Positions 1 through 11,704 of a stretch of 64,000 nt of DNA are shown one piece after another. Each line of letters begins with the position of its first letter. The first letter of the stretch is position 1. The DNA comes from Heptranchias perlo (Eukaryota): contig NC_090368.1 of the NCBI RefSeq assembly GCF_035084215.1, forward strand, positions 1,054,001 to 1,118,000. Direction: 5' to 3'. Made by a program: the position numbers and the translations under genes. Under the pieces are notes generated by a model that was given only the letters and a program-made list of their open reading frames with translations, was not told the DNA's origin and did no database searches.

Positions 1-483
1 CTCTCTCTCTCTCTCTCTCCCCCTGCAGTCCCTGCCTGTTTGAGGCCCTGTCTCTCTCTCTCTCTCTCTCTCCCCCCGCAGTCCCTGCCTGTTTGAGGCC
101 CTGTCTCTCTCTCTCTCCCCCCGCAGTCCCTGCCTGTTTGAGACTGTGTCTCTCTCTCTCTCCCCCCCCCCCCCCCCGCAGTCCCTGCCTGTTTGAGACT
201 GTGTCTCTCTCTCTCTCTCTCCCCCCGCAGTCCCTGCCTGTTTGAGGCTGTGTCTCTCTCTCTCTCTCCCCCCGCAGTCCCTGCCTGTTTGAGACTGTGT
301 CTCTCTCTCTCTCTCTCTCCCCCCGCAGTCCCTGCCTGTTTGAGACTGTGTCTCTCTCTCTCTCTCTCTTCCCCCCGCAGTCCCTGCCTGTTTGACGCCC
401 TGTCTCTCTCTCTCTCCCCCTGCAGTCCCTGCCTGTTTGACGCCCTGTCTCTCTCTCTCTCCCCCTGCAGTCCCTGCCTGCCC
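1..483. repeat. Minisatellite, ~45-55 bp unit (CCCGCAGTCCCTGCCTGTTTGAGACTGTG + (TC)n), JTB intron
   Basis: About 10 tandem copies with variable (TC)n and C-run lengths. Confidence 0.95.
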
Positions 484-507
484 TGTTCTTTAGCAGCCAG
501 TACTCAC

Positions 508-593
508 CGCCTCGAACAGCGTGCACTTCTGACACTCCTCCGCCACCACGAACTGCTCGACCTGCCAACACGGAGTGGCTGTAATGGTATTCA
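508..593 (-). CDS. JTB: JTB coding exon 3 ((V)NTITATPCWQVEQFVVAEECQKCTLFEA); gene continues past the left edge of the window
   Basis: Matches the vertebrate JTB cysteine motif (human PCWLVEEFVVAEECSPC). Acceptor ccccgcag|TG, donor GCG|gtgagt, 86 nt, phase 1 to 0. Confidence 0.93.
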
Positions 594-1059
594 CTGCGGG
601 GAGAGGGAGAGTGGAAGGTGTAACTCTACGATCCAGAACAATCTCAGCCAAAAGCTGGATAAAATTTGGGATCCACAACAATCCCAGGCCAAAGGGGACA
701 CCCTGTGGGACGGTTGACCGGTGTTCCAGAGGTTGGTGACGGGGAGACAGAACACAGTGAAGCTGTGAACTGCGGCAGGAATTGAGCTCCTGGCTAATCA
801 GTCAACTGACCCGCAACGCACTGAGAAGCCAAGATAGGCGGGCTCAGTCCCATCCCCCCGAGCCGGTGGGTCAGGGAAGACTTCAGGTGTGAACTGAGAG
901 ATCACCTCCAGGGGGCAGTCTCGCACCATTGGGACTTCGCACACACGACAGTATAACTGCAGTCTGGGACAGAATCCATGTTTCACAATGGGTAAGGCCA
1001 TAGAGAAACTCATGGAATCCTGGTCATTACAGCAAGCTGTCGGGTATAAAGGTGAATTG

Positions 1060-1517
1060 ATATTAAACTTTAATAAGACGACAGTTGGGGCACTGGGTGT
1101 AGTTTTGGGCTCCACACTATAGGGAGGGTGTTGAGGTTATAGACAGGGTACTGTGCAGGTTCACTGGGCGCAGCCTGGTATGGGGAATTATAAAGTGAGA
1201 AGGAGCGACTGTTTTCATTAGAAGAGAGGAGATAATGGGATCATTATAATGGGTGGGAGAGAGCAGATAGAAACCCCTGGAAACAGACTGAAACACGGTC
1301 CAGAGTGAGAGGACATCGATATCAGATTAAATGGAAGAGATTTAGAGCAGAGAGCAGGGGAAACTCTTTTACACAGAGGGTTGAGAGCCTGTGGGATGTA
1401 CGACCGGAATTAGTGATTGAAGCAGAGACCATGACAACATTTAAAACTAGGTTAGATAGGGGGTTGAAGGAAAGGGGGAGAAAGAGATATGGGAACAGGG
1501 CAGGGGCATGGGGTTAG
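1060..1517 (+). mobile_element. Degenerate CR1-clade LINE ORF2 3' fragment
   Basis: RGHRYQI..FTQRVESLW..MTTFKTRLD resembles the CR1 C-terminal motifs RGH..K, F..RV...WN and FK..LD. Boundaries approximate. Confidence 0.75.
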
Positions 1518-1529
1518 GATACTGATGCA

Positions 1530-1780
1530 GATACAGCACGGGTTAGATACAGAGTAAAGCTCCCTCTACACTGTCCCATCAAACACTCCCAGGGCAGGTA
1601 CAGGGTTAGATACAGAGTAAAGCTCCCTCTACACTGTCCCATCAAACACTCCCAGGGCAGGTACAGGGTTAGATACAGAGTAAAGCTCCCTCTACACTGT
1701 CCCATCAAACACTCCCAGGGTCAGGTACAGGGTTAGATACAGAGTAAAGCTCCCTCTACACTGTCCCATCAAACACTCCC
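1530..1780. repeat. Dispersed 61-66 bp tandem repeat (GGGTTAGATACAGAGTAAAGCTCCCTCTACACTGTCCCATCAAACACTCCCAGGGCAGGTACA), ~4 copies
   Basis: The same unit recurs at 21204-21787 and 45258-45397. Confidence 0.95.
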
Positions 1781-1933
1781 TTGCTGTACCTTGGATAGCA
1801 GGAATGCTGTAAAGACCATTTTCACAGCACTCTGTGCTCCAGTTACTGTCTCTGATTTGCGTATCCCAGAATGCACACATTGCTTCCTTTGCACTTGTCA
1901 CACTCACACTTGCAGTTCGCTCTGAACCTTGCA

Positions 1934-2455
1934 CCCTCCGGAAACTTGAGCTCATCCAAAACTCTGCTGCCCGTATCCTAACTCACACCAAGTCCCGTTC
2001 ACCCATCACCCCCTGGGCTCACTGACCTACATTGGCTCCCAGTCCGGCAACACCTTGATTTTAAAATTCCCATCCTTGTGCTCAAATCCCTCCATGGCCC
2101 TCGCCCCTCCCTATCTCGGTAACCTCCTCCAGCCCCACAACCCTCCGAGATCTCTGCGCTCCTCTAATTCTGGCCTCTTGCGCATCCCCCGATTCCCATC
2201 GCTCCACCATTGGCGGCCGTGCCTTCAGCTGCCTGGGCCCTAAGCTCTGGAATTCCCTCCCTAAACCTCTCCGCCTCTCTCTCCTCCTTTAAATCGCTCC
2301 TTAAAACCTCCCTCTTTGACCAAGCTTTTGGTCACCTGTTCTGATATATCCTTACGTGGCTCGGTGTCAGTGTTTGTCTGATTAACGCTCCTGTGAAGCC
2401 CCTCGGGACGTTTTACTGTGTTAAAGGCCCTGTATAAATGGGAGCAGTCGGTGGT
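1934..2455 (+). mobile_element. L2-like LINE 3' fragment
   Basis: Translates to KLELIQNSAARILT..HWLP.. and LWNSLP-type motifs. Near-identical copies at 12035-12715 and 14875-15557. Confidence 0.8.
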
Positions 2456-2480
2456 GTTGTTGAATAAAGCAGAAATGTAC

Positions 2481-2521
2481 CTGAATCTTTCCCTTCACTC
2501 GATGTTCGAGATTCACCTAAC
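2481..2521 (-). CDS. JTB: JTB coding exon 2 (LGESRTSSEGKDS)
   Basis: tgtctttcag|G...TCAG|gtacat. 41 nt, phase 2 to 1, joins exons 6269-6369 and 508-593 in frame. Corresponds to the short human exon 2. Confidence 0.8.
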
Positions 2522-2669
2522 CTGAAAGACAAAAGCAAAACTGGACAGTTACACCGCTGGGTGACCACTCCCAGTATTTCACACAGATCTTCTCCCCCAG
2601 TGTGCACTCTCACACTTCCCAACCAGGGTCACTGGGTGGCAATCAAGAGCTGGAACCCTGGCTGACTAT

Positions 2670-3340
2670 CCCCCCTCCCTCGCCCAGGGACTGTGGGCCC
2701 CAATATAACCGGGCTCTTCCCCCTCCCTCGCCCAGGGACTGTAACCCCCAATACAGCTGGGCTCTTACCCCTCCCTCGCCCAGGGACTGTAACCCCCAAT
2801 ACAGTCGGGCTCTTCCCCCTCCCTCGCCCAGGGACTGTAACCCCCAATACAGCCGGGCTCTTCCCCCTCCCTCGCCCAGGGACTGAACCCCCCAATACAG
2901 CCGGGCTCTTCCCCCTCCCTCGCCCAGGGACTGTAACCCCCAATACAGTCGGGCTCTTCCCCCTCCCTCGCCCAGGGACTGTAACCCCCAATACAGCCGG
3001 GCTCTTCCCCCTCCCTCGCCCAGGGACTGTAACCCCCAATACAGCCGGGCTCTTCCCCCTCCCTCGCCCAGGGACTGAACCCCCCAATACAGCCGGGCTC
3101 TTCCCCCTCCCTCGCCCAGGGACTGTAACCCCCAATACAGCCGGGCTCTTCCCCTCCCTCGCCCAGGGACTGTAACCCCCCAATACAACCGGGCTCTTCC
3201 CCCTCCCTCGCCCAGAGACTGTAACCCCAATACAGCCGGGCTCTTCCCCCTCCCTCGCCCAGGGACTGAACCCCCCAATACAGCCGGGCTCTTCCCCCTC
3301 CCTCGCCCAGGGACTGAACCCCCCAATACAGCCGGGCTCT
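2670..3340. repeat. Minisatellite, 48-bp unit (CCCCTCCCTCGCCCAGGGACTGTAACCCCCAATACAGCCGGGCTCTTC), ~14 copies
   Basis: Direct tandem repeat; explains the ORFs at 2602-3379. Confidence 0.97.
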
Positions 3341-3741
3341 GCCTGCTCCGAGGGTCTCTCTCCACCACTTACTCTTCACGTTTTCTGCAGGAGGGAATTA
3401 CAAATGAAACCACACTCAGCTCCTAGTTAATGAACAAATGAAGAGATCTTTGAATTCATTGTTTGTGGACTGTGTATAATCTTGGTGTACGTATTATCAA
3501 TCGATTGTACCAACCCAGACCCAGAACATTAATTTAAATTAAGCAAGAAATGTAGGGCCACAGGACATGGATTTAAATAAATAAGAAACACTATTAAAAC
3601 TATTGGGAAGAACATCGAAAATTACAGAAGCAGAACAGTCGACCAATCCTAAAAAACAATTCACTCAAATATCTGGCCAATTCTCCCAGAAATGTTCCCA
3701 GACTCTGCTCCCACCACCTCACTGGGCTGTCTGTCCACATG

Positions 3742-5950
3742 ATGTCTCTCTCCACACCCACCCCCCGTGTATAGTGTCTCTCTCTACAGCCGCCCACCGT
3801 GTATAGTGTCTCTCTCCACACCCACCCACCCCGTGTATAGTCTCTCTACACCCGCCCCCCGTGTATAGTGTCTCTCTCTACACCCACCCCCCCGTGTATA
3901 GTGTCTCTCTCCACACCCACCCACCCCGTGTATAGTCTCTCTACACCCGCCCCCCGTGTATAGTCTCTCTACACCCACCCCGTGTATAGTGTCTCTCTAC
4001 ACCCACCCCCCGTGTATAGTGTCTCTCTCTACACCCACCCCCCGTGTATAGTGTCTCTCTCCACACCCACCCCCCGTGTATAGTGTCTCTCTCTACACCC
4101 GCCCACCGTGTATAGTGTCTCTCTCCACACCCACCCACCCCGTGTATAGTCCTCTCTACACCCGCCCCCCGTGTATAGTGTCTCTCTCTACACCCACCCC
4201 CCGTGTATAGTGTCTCTCTCCACACCCACCCACCCCGTGTATAGTCTCTCTACACCCGCCCCCCGTGTATAGTGTCTCTCTCTACACCCACCCCCCGTGT
4301 ATAGTGTCTCTCTCCACACCCACCCACCCCGTGTATAGTGTCTCTCTCTACACCCACCCCCCGTGTATAGTGTCTCTCTACACCCACCCCCCGTGTATAG
4401 TGTCTCTCTCCACACCCACCCCCCGTGTATAGTGTCTCTCTCCACACCCACCCCCCGTGTATAGTGTCTCTCTCCACACCCACCCCCTGTGTATAGTCTC
4501 TCTACACCCGCCCCCCGTGTATAGTGTCTCTCTCTACACCCACCCCCCGTGTATAGTGTCTCTCTCTACACCCACCCCCCCGTGTATAGTGTCTCTCTCT
4601 ACACCCACCCCCCGTGTATAGTGTCTCTCTACACCCGCCCCCGTGTATAGTGTCTCTCTCTACCACCCACCCCCCGTGTATAGTGTCTCTCTCTACACCC
4701 ACCCCCCGTGTATAGTGTCTCTCTCTACACCCACCCCCCGTGTATAGTGTCTCTCTCTACACCCACCCCCCGTGTATAGTGTCTCTCTCTACACCCACCC
4801 CCCGTGTATAGTGTCTCTCTACACCCACCCCCCGTGTATAGTGTCTCTCTACACCCACCCCCCGTGTATAGTGTCTCTCTCTACACCCACCCCCCGTGTA
4901 TAGTGTCTCTCTACACCCACCCCCCGTGTATAGTGTCTCTCTACACCCCACCCCCGTGTATAGTGTCTCTCTCTACACCCACCCCCCGTGTATAGTGTCT
5001 CTCTACACCCGCCCCCCGTGTATAGTCTCTCTCTACACCCACCCCCCCGTGTATAGTGTCTCTCTACACCCACCCCCCCGTGTATAGTGTCTCTCTACAC
5101 CCACCCCCCGTGTATAGTGTCTCTCTCTACACCCACCCCCCGTGTATAGTGTCTCTCTCTACACCCACCCCCCGTGTATAGTGTCTCTCTACACCCACCC
5201 CCCGTGTATAGTGTCTCTCTCTCTACACCCACCCCCCGTGTATAGTGTCTCTCTCTACACCCACCCCCCGTGTATAGTCTCTCTACACCCACCCCCCGTG
5301 TATAGTGTCTCCCTACACCCACCCCCCGTGTATAGTGTCTCTCTACACCCACCCCCCCGTGTATAGTGTCTCTCTCTCTACACCCACCCCCCCGTGTATA
5401 GTGTCTCTCTCTACACCCACCCCCCGTGTATAGTCTCTCTACACCCACCCCCCGTGTATAGTGTCTCCCTACACCCACCCCCCGTGTATAGTGTCTCTCT
5501 ACACCCACCCCCCGTGTATAGTGTCTCTCTCCACACCCACCCCCCGTGTATAGTGTCTCTCTCTACACCCACCCCCCGTGTATAGTGTCTCTCTCTACAC
5601 CCACCCCCCGTGTATAGTGTCTCTCTCTACACCCACCCCCCGTGTATAGTGTCTCTCTACACCCACCCCCCGTGTATAGTGTCTCTCTCTCTACACCCAC
5701 CCCCCGTGTATAGTGTCTCTCTCTACACCCACCCCCCGTGTATAGTGTCTCTCTCTACACCCACCCCCCGTGTATAGTGTCTCTCTACACCCACCCCCCG
5801 TGTATAGTGTCTCTCTCTCTACACCCACCCCCCGTGTATAGTGTCTCTCTCTCTACACCCACCCCCCCGTGTATAGTGTCTCTCTACACCCACCCCCCCG
5901 TGTATAGTGTCTCTCTCTCTACACCCCACCCCCTGTGTGAAATGTCTCTC
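3742..5950. repeat. Minisatellite, ~30-34 bp unit (ACACCCACCCCCCGTGTATAGTGTCTCTCTCT)
   Basis: Tandem array of ~2.2 kb. Confidence 0.97.
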
Positions 5951-6268
5951 TCTCCAGCTTCACTCTAAGTTTGGGTTTCGGAATGTCTTTATTTCGGAGT
6001 GAGCAGCGTTGCAGGGTGTGTGGTAATAAATGCGGTCACATTAATGAGGTGAAAATGCTGGAAGAGTGGAGGCACAAGAGGGACCGGCCTGTCCTCGTGC
6101 TCCAATTCTGTTTGTTTGTAAAACTCACCCGATATTTAACATGAAAAAGTAGATGAGTGTGAGGAGGAGGAGGAGGCCTCGGGGACCGCTGTCCTGGGTC
6201 CGTGCTCTGTCTCTGCACCTGCTGACGATGCTGCTCCCTTCCTGGGACTCCAGCGATTCACAACTCAC

Positions 6269-6369
6269 CAACATGATTCGAGAGCAAGAGTCCAATACAG
6301 CAAATTACAAAATCTCCGAGACCCCGATAACCCTCGAGATGGGTCTTCAGTCAAACACCTTTCAACCAT
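6269..6369 (-). CDS. JTB: JTB first coding exon, signal peptide (MVERCLTEDPSRGLSGSRRFCNLLYWTLALESC(W)); probable acceptor at 6377
   Basis: ATG at 6369. RRFCNLLYWTLALESC resembles human RHLCWLLCAFTLKLC. Donor TG|gtgagt is phase 2, in frame with 2481-2521. Acceptor ttttccag| lies just upstream. Confidence 0.7.
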
Positions 6370-6434
6370 CCCGACCTCTGGAAAACAATGAAAGGGCTTC
6401 GGTTAAAGGAGTCCACTCGGATCGGGGGGGAGAG

Positions 6435-6745
6435 NNNNNNNNNNNNNNNNNNNNNNNNNNNNNNNNNNNNNNNNNNNNNNNNNNNNNNNNNNNNNNNNNN
6501 NNNNNNNNNNNNNNNNNNNNNNNNNNNNNNNNNNNNNNNNNNNNNNNNNNNNNNNNNNNNNNNNNNNNNNNNNNNNNNNNNNNNNNNNNNNNNNNNNNNN
6601 NNNNNNNNNNNNNNNNNNNNNNNNNNNNNNNNNNNNNNNNNNNNNNNNNNNNNNNNNNNNNNNNNNNNNNNNNNNNNNNNNNNNNNNNNNNNNNNNNNNN
6701 NNNNNNNNNNNNNNNNNNNNNNNNNNNNNNNNNNNNNNNNNNNNN
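6435..6745. other. Assembly gap (311 N)
   Basis: Run of N. Confidence 1.
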
Positions 6746-6789
6746 CTCCACCAGCTGTTCCTTTGATTATGAAAGTCGGGGGTTCCGGA

Positions 6790-7692
6790 AGGCCCCGATC
6801 CCCGGCCTCTCTCTCTCTCCCCAGGCCCCGATCCCCGGCCTCTCTCTCCCCCTCTCCCCAGGCCCCGATCCCCGGCCTCTCTCTCCCCCTCTCCCCAGGC
6901 CCCGATCCCCGGCTCTCTCTCCCCAGGCCCCGATCCCCGGCCTCTCCTCCCCCCTCTCCCCAGGCCCCGATCCCCGGCCTCTCTCCCCCCAGGCCCCGAT
7001 CCCCGGCCTCTCTCCCCCCCTCTCCCCAGGCCCCGATCCCCGGCCTCTCTCCCCAGGCCCCGATCCCCGGCCTCTCTCCCCAGGCCCCGATCCCCGGCCT
7101 CTCTCCCCCGGCCCCGATCCCCGGCCTCTCTCCCCCCCTCATCCCCAGGCCCCGATCCCCGGGCCTCTCTCCCCCCCCTCTCCCCAGGCCCCGATCCCCG
7201 GCCTCTCTCTCTCTCTCTCTCTCCCCAGGCCCCGATCCCCGGCCTCTCTCCCCCCCTTCTCCCAGGCCCCGATCCCCGGCCTCTCTCTCTCTCTCTCTCT
7301 CCCCAGGCCCCGATCCCCGGCCTCTCTCTCCTCTCTCTCTCTCCCAGGCCCCGATCCCCGGCCTCTCTCCCCCCTCTCCCCAGGCCCCGATCCCCGGCCT
7401 CTCTCCCCAGGCCCCGATCCCCGGCCTCTCTCTCCCCCTCTCCCCAGGCCCAGGCCCCGATCCCCGGCCTCTCTCCCCCCCTCTCCCCAGGCCCCGATCC
7501 CCGGCCTCTCTCCCCCCTCTCCCCAGGCCCCGATCCCCGGCCTCTCTCCCCCCCTCTCACCCAGGCCCCGATCCCCGGCCTCTCTCTCTCCTTCTCCCCA
7601 GGCCCCGATCCCCGGCCTCTCTCTCTCTCCCTCTCCCAGGCCCCGATCCCCGGCCTCTCTCTCCCCCTCTCCCCAGGCCCCCGATCCCGGCC
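6790..7692. repeat. C-rich minisatellite (CCAGGCCCCGATCCCCGGCCTCTCTC..., ~28-45 bp unit)
   Basis: Tandem array next to the gap. Confidence 0.95.
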
Positions 7693-7704
7693 TCGATTTC
7701 TCAC

Positions 7705-7950
7705 CTACTCTCCGCCCGCCGCCATCTTACTGCGGGTGCGACGACGAGGCGACAAACGGCGCAAGAGCGGTCCCGGGGGCGGCGGGAGGACCTGGTGCCG
7801 CCACAGCGCCGCCTGGCGTGGAGGACCTGCCAGCACCTCGAGCCCGCTCCGCCAACCTGAGCATCGAACGCCTCAATCCGCCCTCCGCCGTCGCTTCTCA
7901 CCGTCTCAGTCTGACTGCGTTCGTGCTCCGCCCTCGATCAGAAGCTCCAT
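7705..7950 (-). promoter_or_regulatory. JTB: Putative JTB CpG-island promoter and non-coding first exon (donor at 7705), with a YY1-type AAGATGGCGG motif
   Basis: CpG-dense unique sequence. The minus strand reads gtAAGATGGCGGCGGGCGGAGAGTAG|gtgaga. Separated from the coding exons by an assembly gap. Confidence 0.6.
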
Positions 7951-8004
7951 TTTCCATCAGTTTTATTGCTTGTCCCCAGCCGCAAAATGACAAATGTCAA
8001 CTCA

Positions 8005-9100
8005 AATTACCACCAGCTCCAGCAGAGGCTCTCTAGGGCCCAGGTCAAGTACCATCAGCTCCAGCAGAGGTCCTGTGGGGCATAGGTCAAGTACCATCAG
8101 CTCCAGCAGAGGCTCTGTAGGGCCCAGGTGAAGTACCATCAGCTCCAGCAGAGGCCCTGTAGGGCCCAGGTCAAGTACCATCAGCTCCAGCAGAGGCCCT
8201 GTAGGGCCCAGGTCAAGTACCATCAGCTCCAGCAGAGGTCCTGTGGGGCACAGGTCAAGTACCATCAGCTCCAGCAGAGGCTCTGTAGGGCCCAGGTCAA
8301 GTACCACCAGCTCCAGCAGAGACCCTCTGGGGCCCAGGTCAAGTACCACCAGCTCCAGCAGAGGTCCTGTGGGGCACAGGTCAAGTACCATCAGCTCCAG
8401 CAGAGGCTCTGTAGGGCCCAGGTCAAGTACCATCAGCTCCAGCAGAGGCCCTGTAGGGGCCAGGTCAAGTACCATCAGCTCCAGCAGAGGTCCTATAGGG
8501 GCCCAGGTCAAGTACCATCAGCTCCAGCAGAGGCCCTGTAGGGGCCAGGTCAAGTACCATCAGCTCCAGCAGAGGTCCTATAGGGCCCAGGTCAAGTACC
8601 ATCAGCTCCAGCAGAGGTCCTATAGGGCCCAGGTCAAGTACCATCAGCTCCAGCAGAGGGTCCTATAGGGCCCAGGTCAAGTACCATCAGCTCCAGCAGA
8701 GACCCTCTAGGGCCCAGGTCAAGTACCATCAGCTCCAGCAGAGGTCCTGTAGGGGCCAGGTCAAGTACCATCGACACCACCTGAGGCCCTATAGGGCCCA
8801 GGTCAAGTACCATCAGCTCCAGCAGAGGCTCTGTAGGGGCCCAGGTCAAGTACCATCAGCTCCAGCAGAGGCCCTGAAAGGCCCAACTCAATTACCATTG
8901 AATCCAGCAGAGACCCTGTAGGGCCCAGCTCAATTACCATTGAATCTAGCAGAGACCCTGTAGGGCCCAACTCAATTACCATTGAATCCAGCAGAGACCC
9001 TGTAGGGCCCAGCTCAATTACCATTGAATCTAGCAGAGGTCCTGTAAGGACTAGCTCAAGTACCATCAGCTCCAGAAGAGGCCCTGTAGGCCCCAGCTCA
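8005..9100. repeat. Minisatellite, 42-bp unit (AGGTCAAGTACCATCAGCTCCAGCAGAGGCCCTGTAGGGCCC)
   Basis: About 26 tandem copies between the CREB3L4 3' end and the JTB promoter. Confidence 0.96.
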
Positions 9101-9291
9101 CATGCTCCCTTCACAATAAATACTCCCAAAGGTGTGATTGGATCTGCCTCCCGCACAGATGGTGAAAATGTCTCCGACTGGAAGCAGCTTCCTAATACCA
9201 GGCAAGAAATTAAATCATTGTATTATATAAAAAACGGCTGAAAATTTCCTTCAGGAACTGGAGGGTTTGATTTTATGCAGATGTCAAATAT

Positions 9292-9297
9292 TTTATT
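9292..9297 (-). terminator. Candidate CREB3L4 polyadenylation signal AATAAA
   Basis: TTTATT on the + strand, ~860 nt downstream of the stop codon, followed by AT-rich sequence. Confidence 0.5.
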
Positions 9298-9319
9298 TCA
9301 TGTAAACAGCATCCTAGAA

Positions 9320-9837
9320 CAAGAGAGACAGACACAGTGAGAGAGATAAATACACAGAGAGACAGACGGACAGACAGAGAGAGAGACAAATACAGAGACA
9401 GATAGAGAGAGGCAGACATACAGACAGAAACAAATACACAGACAGAGCAAGAGAGAGAGATAGAACAAGAGAGAGACAGACAGACAAATAGAGACAGACA
9501 GACAGAGAAACAGATAGAGAGAGGCAGACATACAGACAGAAACAAATACACAGACAGAGCAAGAGATAGAGATAGAACAAGAGAGAGACAGACAGACAAA
9601 TAGAGACAGACAGACAGAGAGACAAATACACAGAGACAGAGCGAGAGAGGCGCAGACAGACAGAGACAAATTCACAGAGAGAAAGACAGAAAGAGAGTCA
9701 GACAAATACAGAGAGAGACAGACAGAGAGAGAGAGTCAGAGTTACAGATAGATATATAGATAGTTACAGAGAGATAGATATATAAAGAGAGAGAGAGACA
9801 GACAGATAGATATATAGATAGAGTTACAGACAGACAG

Positions 9838-9870
<33 letters not shown>
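9320..9870. repeat. Compound (GA)/(GACA)/(TA) microsatellite in the putative CREB3L4 3' UTR
   Basis: Low-complexity sequence. Confidence 0.93.
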
Positions 9871-10158
9871 AAGGCTCTTTGAGTTTTTTTGAAGATCCCA
9901 TTTATAAACCTCAGAAATGAAAAACACCAGACACGTCAAGGAACAGAGTGTCCAATGGCCAGCCCAGGTGGTGACGAACCTTTCCCTTTAAGAGGGGAGG
10001 AGGTACAGATGTGGCGACTCAGTGAGCTTCAGCACACTGTTCGAGTTTGTTGCGATCAATGGCCAGCAGCCCACTGATTGTTGCTCACACACACACACTT
10101 GTGCCGAGAGGGCGGCCAATCGGCCTCCCTTAGTCCTGAAACACGTGGGGTAACAGTT

Positions 10159-10556
10159 TCACATCTCGTCAGCGTGCCCGGGTTTAAGCCAGTCCGCGTC
10201 TCCTTCCTGGTCCACAGGCTGTGGAATCTCGGCAGGGGGTCGTCTGTGGTCAGAGGCCGGGGTCGGAGTTCGGGAGTCGGACGGATCCTCCGAAGGCTGA
10301 GACCAGGAGTTGCTGATCGTTTTCGGGAGCTCCAAAACTTCCGTTTGGCCTTTTCTAAACTTCGCCTCCTCCCCCAATGGTCTCGGCGGCTTCTCTTTGA
10401 TAATTGGCCGGTGTTGGGAGTCGGTGGGTGGGTTGTCCACCAATGGGAGGGTCTCTTCCTGCAGCTCCAAGGATGCTGGGATATCGGAGACGGAGGTCTC
10501 GACACGTTCCGATAATTGGGAGGATTCCACATCTGTTAGGATAGTCCTGGAAATTA
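10159..10556 (-). CDS. CREB3L4: CREB3L4 last exon (luminal domain; (V)ISRTILT S1P site ... KPGHADEM*)
   Basis: Acceptor ttcttgcag|TA. Contains an RxxL S1P motif and the C-terminal HADEM characteristic of CREB3L4. In frame with the previous exon. Confidence 0.92.
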
Positions 10557-10714
10557 CTGCAAGAAAACAAGCATTAAGAGAGAAGTAATGAGACAGGAGG
10601 AAGAGATGGAACCGTCATGGCTGTCCCCCCTCCCTCAGCAAAAAAAAACCCCTTTAAAAACAGCACTGACTCCAACTGGGCTACAGGATCCACCGACATA
10701 CACAGAGCTTCAGA

Positions 10715-11400
10715 GACTCGAGCCCTTAATCCAGGCTGACACTCCCAGTGCAGTACTGAGGGAGCGCCGCACCGTCGGTGGGTCGGTACTGAGGGAGCGC
10801 CGGAGGGTCGGTACTGAGGGAGCGCCGCACCGTCGGAGGGTCAGTACTGAGGGAGCGCCGCACTGTCGGAGGGTCAGTACTGAGGGAGCGCCGCACTGTC
10901 GGAGGGTCAGTACTGAGGGAGCGCCGCACTGTCGGAGGGTCAGTACTGAGGGAGCGCCGCACCGTCGGAGGGTCAGTACTGAGGGAGCGCCGCACTGTCG
11001 GAGGGTCAGTACTGAGGGAGCGCCGCACTGTCGGAGGGTCAGTACTGAGGGAGCGCCGCACTGTCGGAGGGTCAGTACTGAGGGAGCGCCGCACTGTCGG
11101 AGGTTCCGTCTTTCGGATGAGAGATCAAACCGAGGCCCCGTCTGCCCTCTCTGGCGGACGTAAAAGACGCTATTGGAAGAAGAGCAGGGGGGAGTTCTCC
11201 CCGGTGTCCTGGGCCAATATTTATCCCTCAACCAACATTCCAAAAAACAGATTATCTGGTCATTATCACATTGCTGTTTGTGGGATCTTGCTGTGCGCAA
11301 ATTGGCTGCCACGTTTCCTACATTACAACAGTGACTACACATTGGCTGTAAAGTACTTTGGGACGTCCCGAGGTGGTGAAAGGCGCGAGAGAAATGCAAA
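10715..11400 (+). mobile_element. Deu-domain SINE (SacSINE1/AmnSINE1-like) with an internal 33-bp unit amplified ~10x (10751-11103)
   Basis: CCCAGTGCAGTACTGAGGGAGCGCCGCACTGTCGGAGG..GTCTTTCGGATGAGA..AAACCGAGGCCCCGTCTGCCCTCTC is a Deu-domain-type sequence. An unamplified copy lies at 42540-42995 on the minus strand. Confidence 0.8.
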
Positions 11401-11704
11401 TTCTTTCTTTTTCTTTTTCTCGGGTCCCTCACTCGAGCTCAGCCTGATCCTGAACTCAGTCCCTGGATCGGGACCAGGAGCAGGGTCCCCTGTCCCCGGA
11501 GTCTGACTGTATCTCCGTCACCACAGTCGCTGTGGAGATCAGCCAGCCCACGCACAGCGCAGCGATCAAACCTGGAGCCATGCTGGTGTGTGTGTGTAGC
11601 TCAGTGAGGCTACGTGCCAGCTTTTCCACGCAGTGCCAATCTCACCACTGGCAGCCCTCAACCAGTGAGACAGTGCGTGGCATTACCATGCCCCAATACC
11701 ATAC

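Noticed and set aside
7727-7864. Minus-strand ORF MLRLAERARGAGR... resembling the human JTB start (MLAGAGR)
   Set aside because: It stops before the donor and has no signal-peptide core. The exon at 6269-6369 fits better.
6153-8036. 627-, 490- and 433-aa Pro/Gly-rich ORFs
   Set aside because: They read through an N gap and a stop-free minisatellite and contain no recognisable domain.
8128-8541. QVKYHQLQQRPC repeat protein resembling SPRR/involucrin
   Set aside because: It is the translation of a 42-bp minisatellite with frame-shifting 43-bp units, and has no splice or promoter support.
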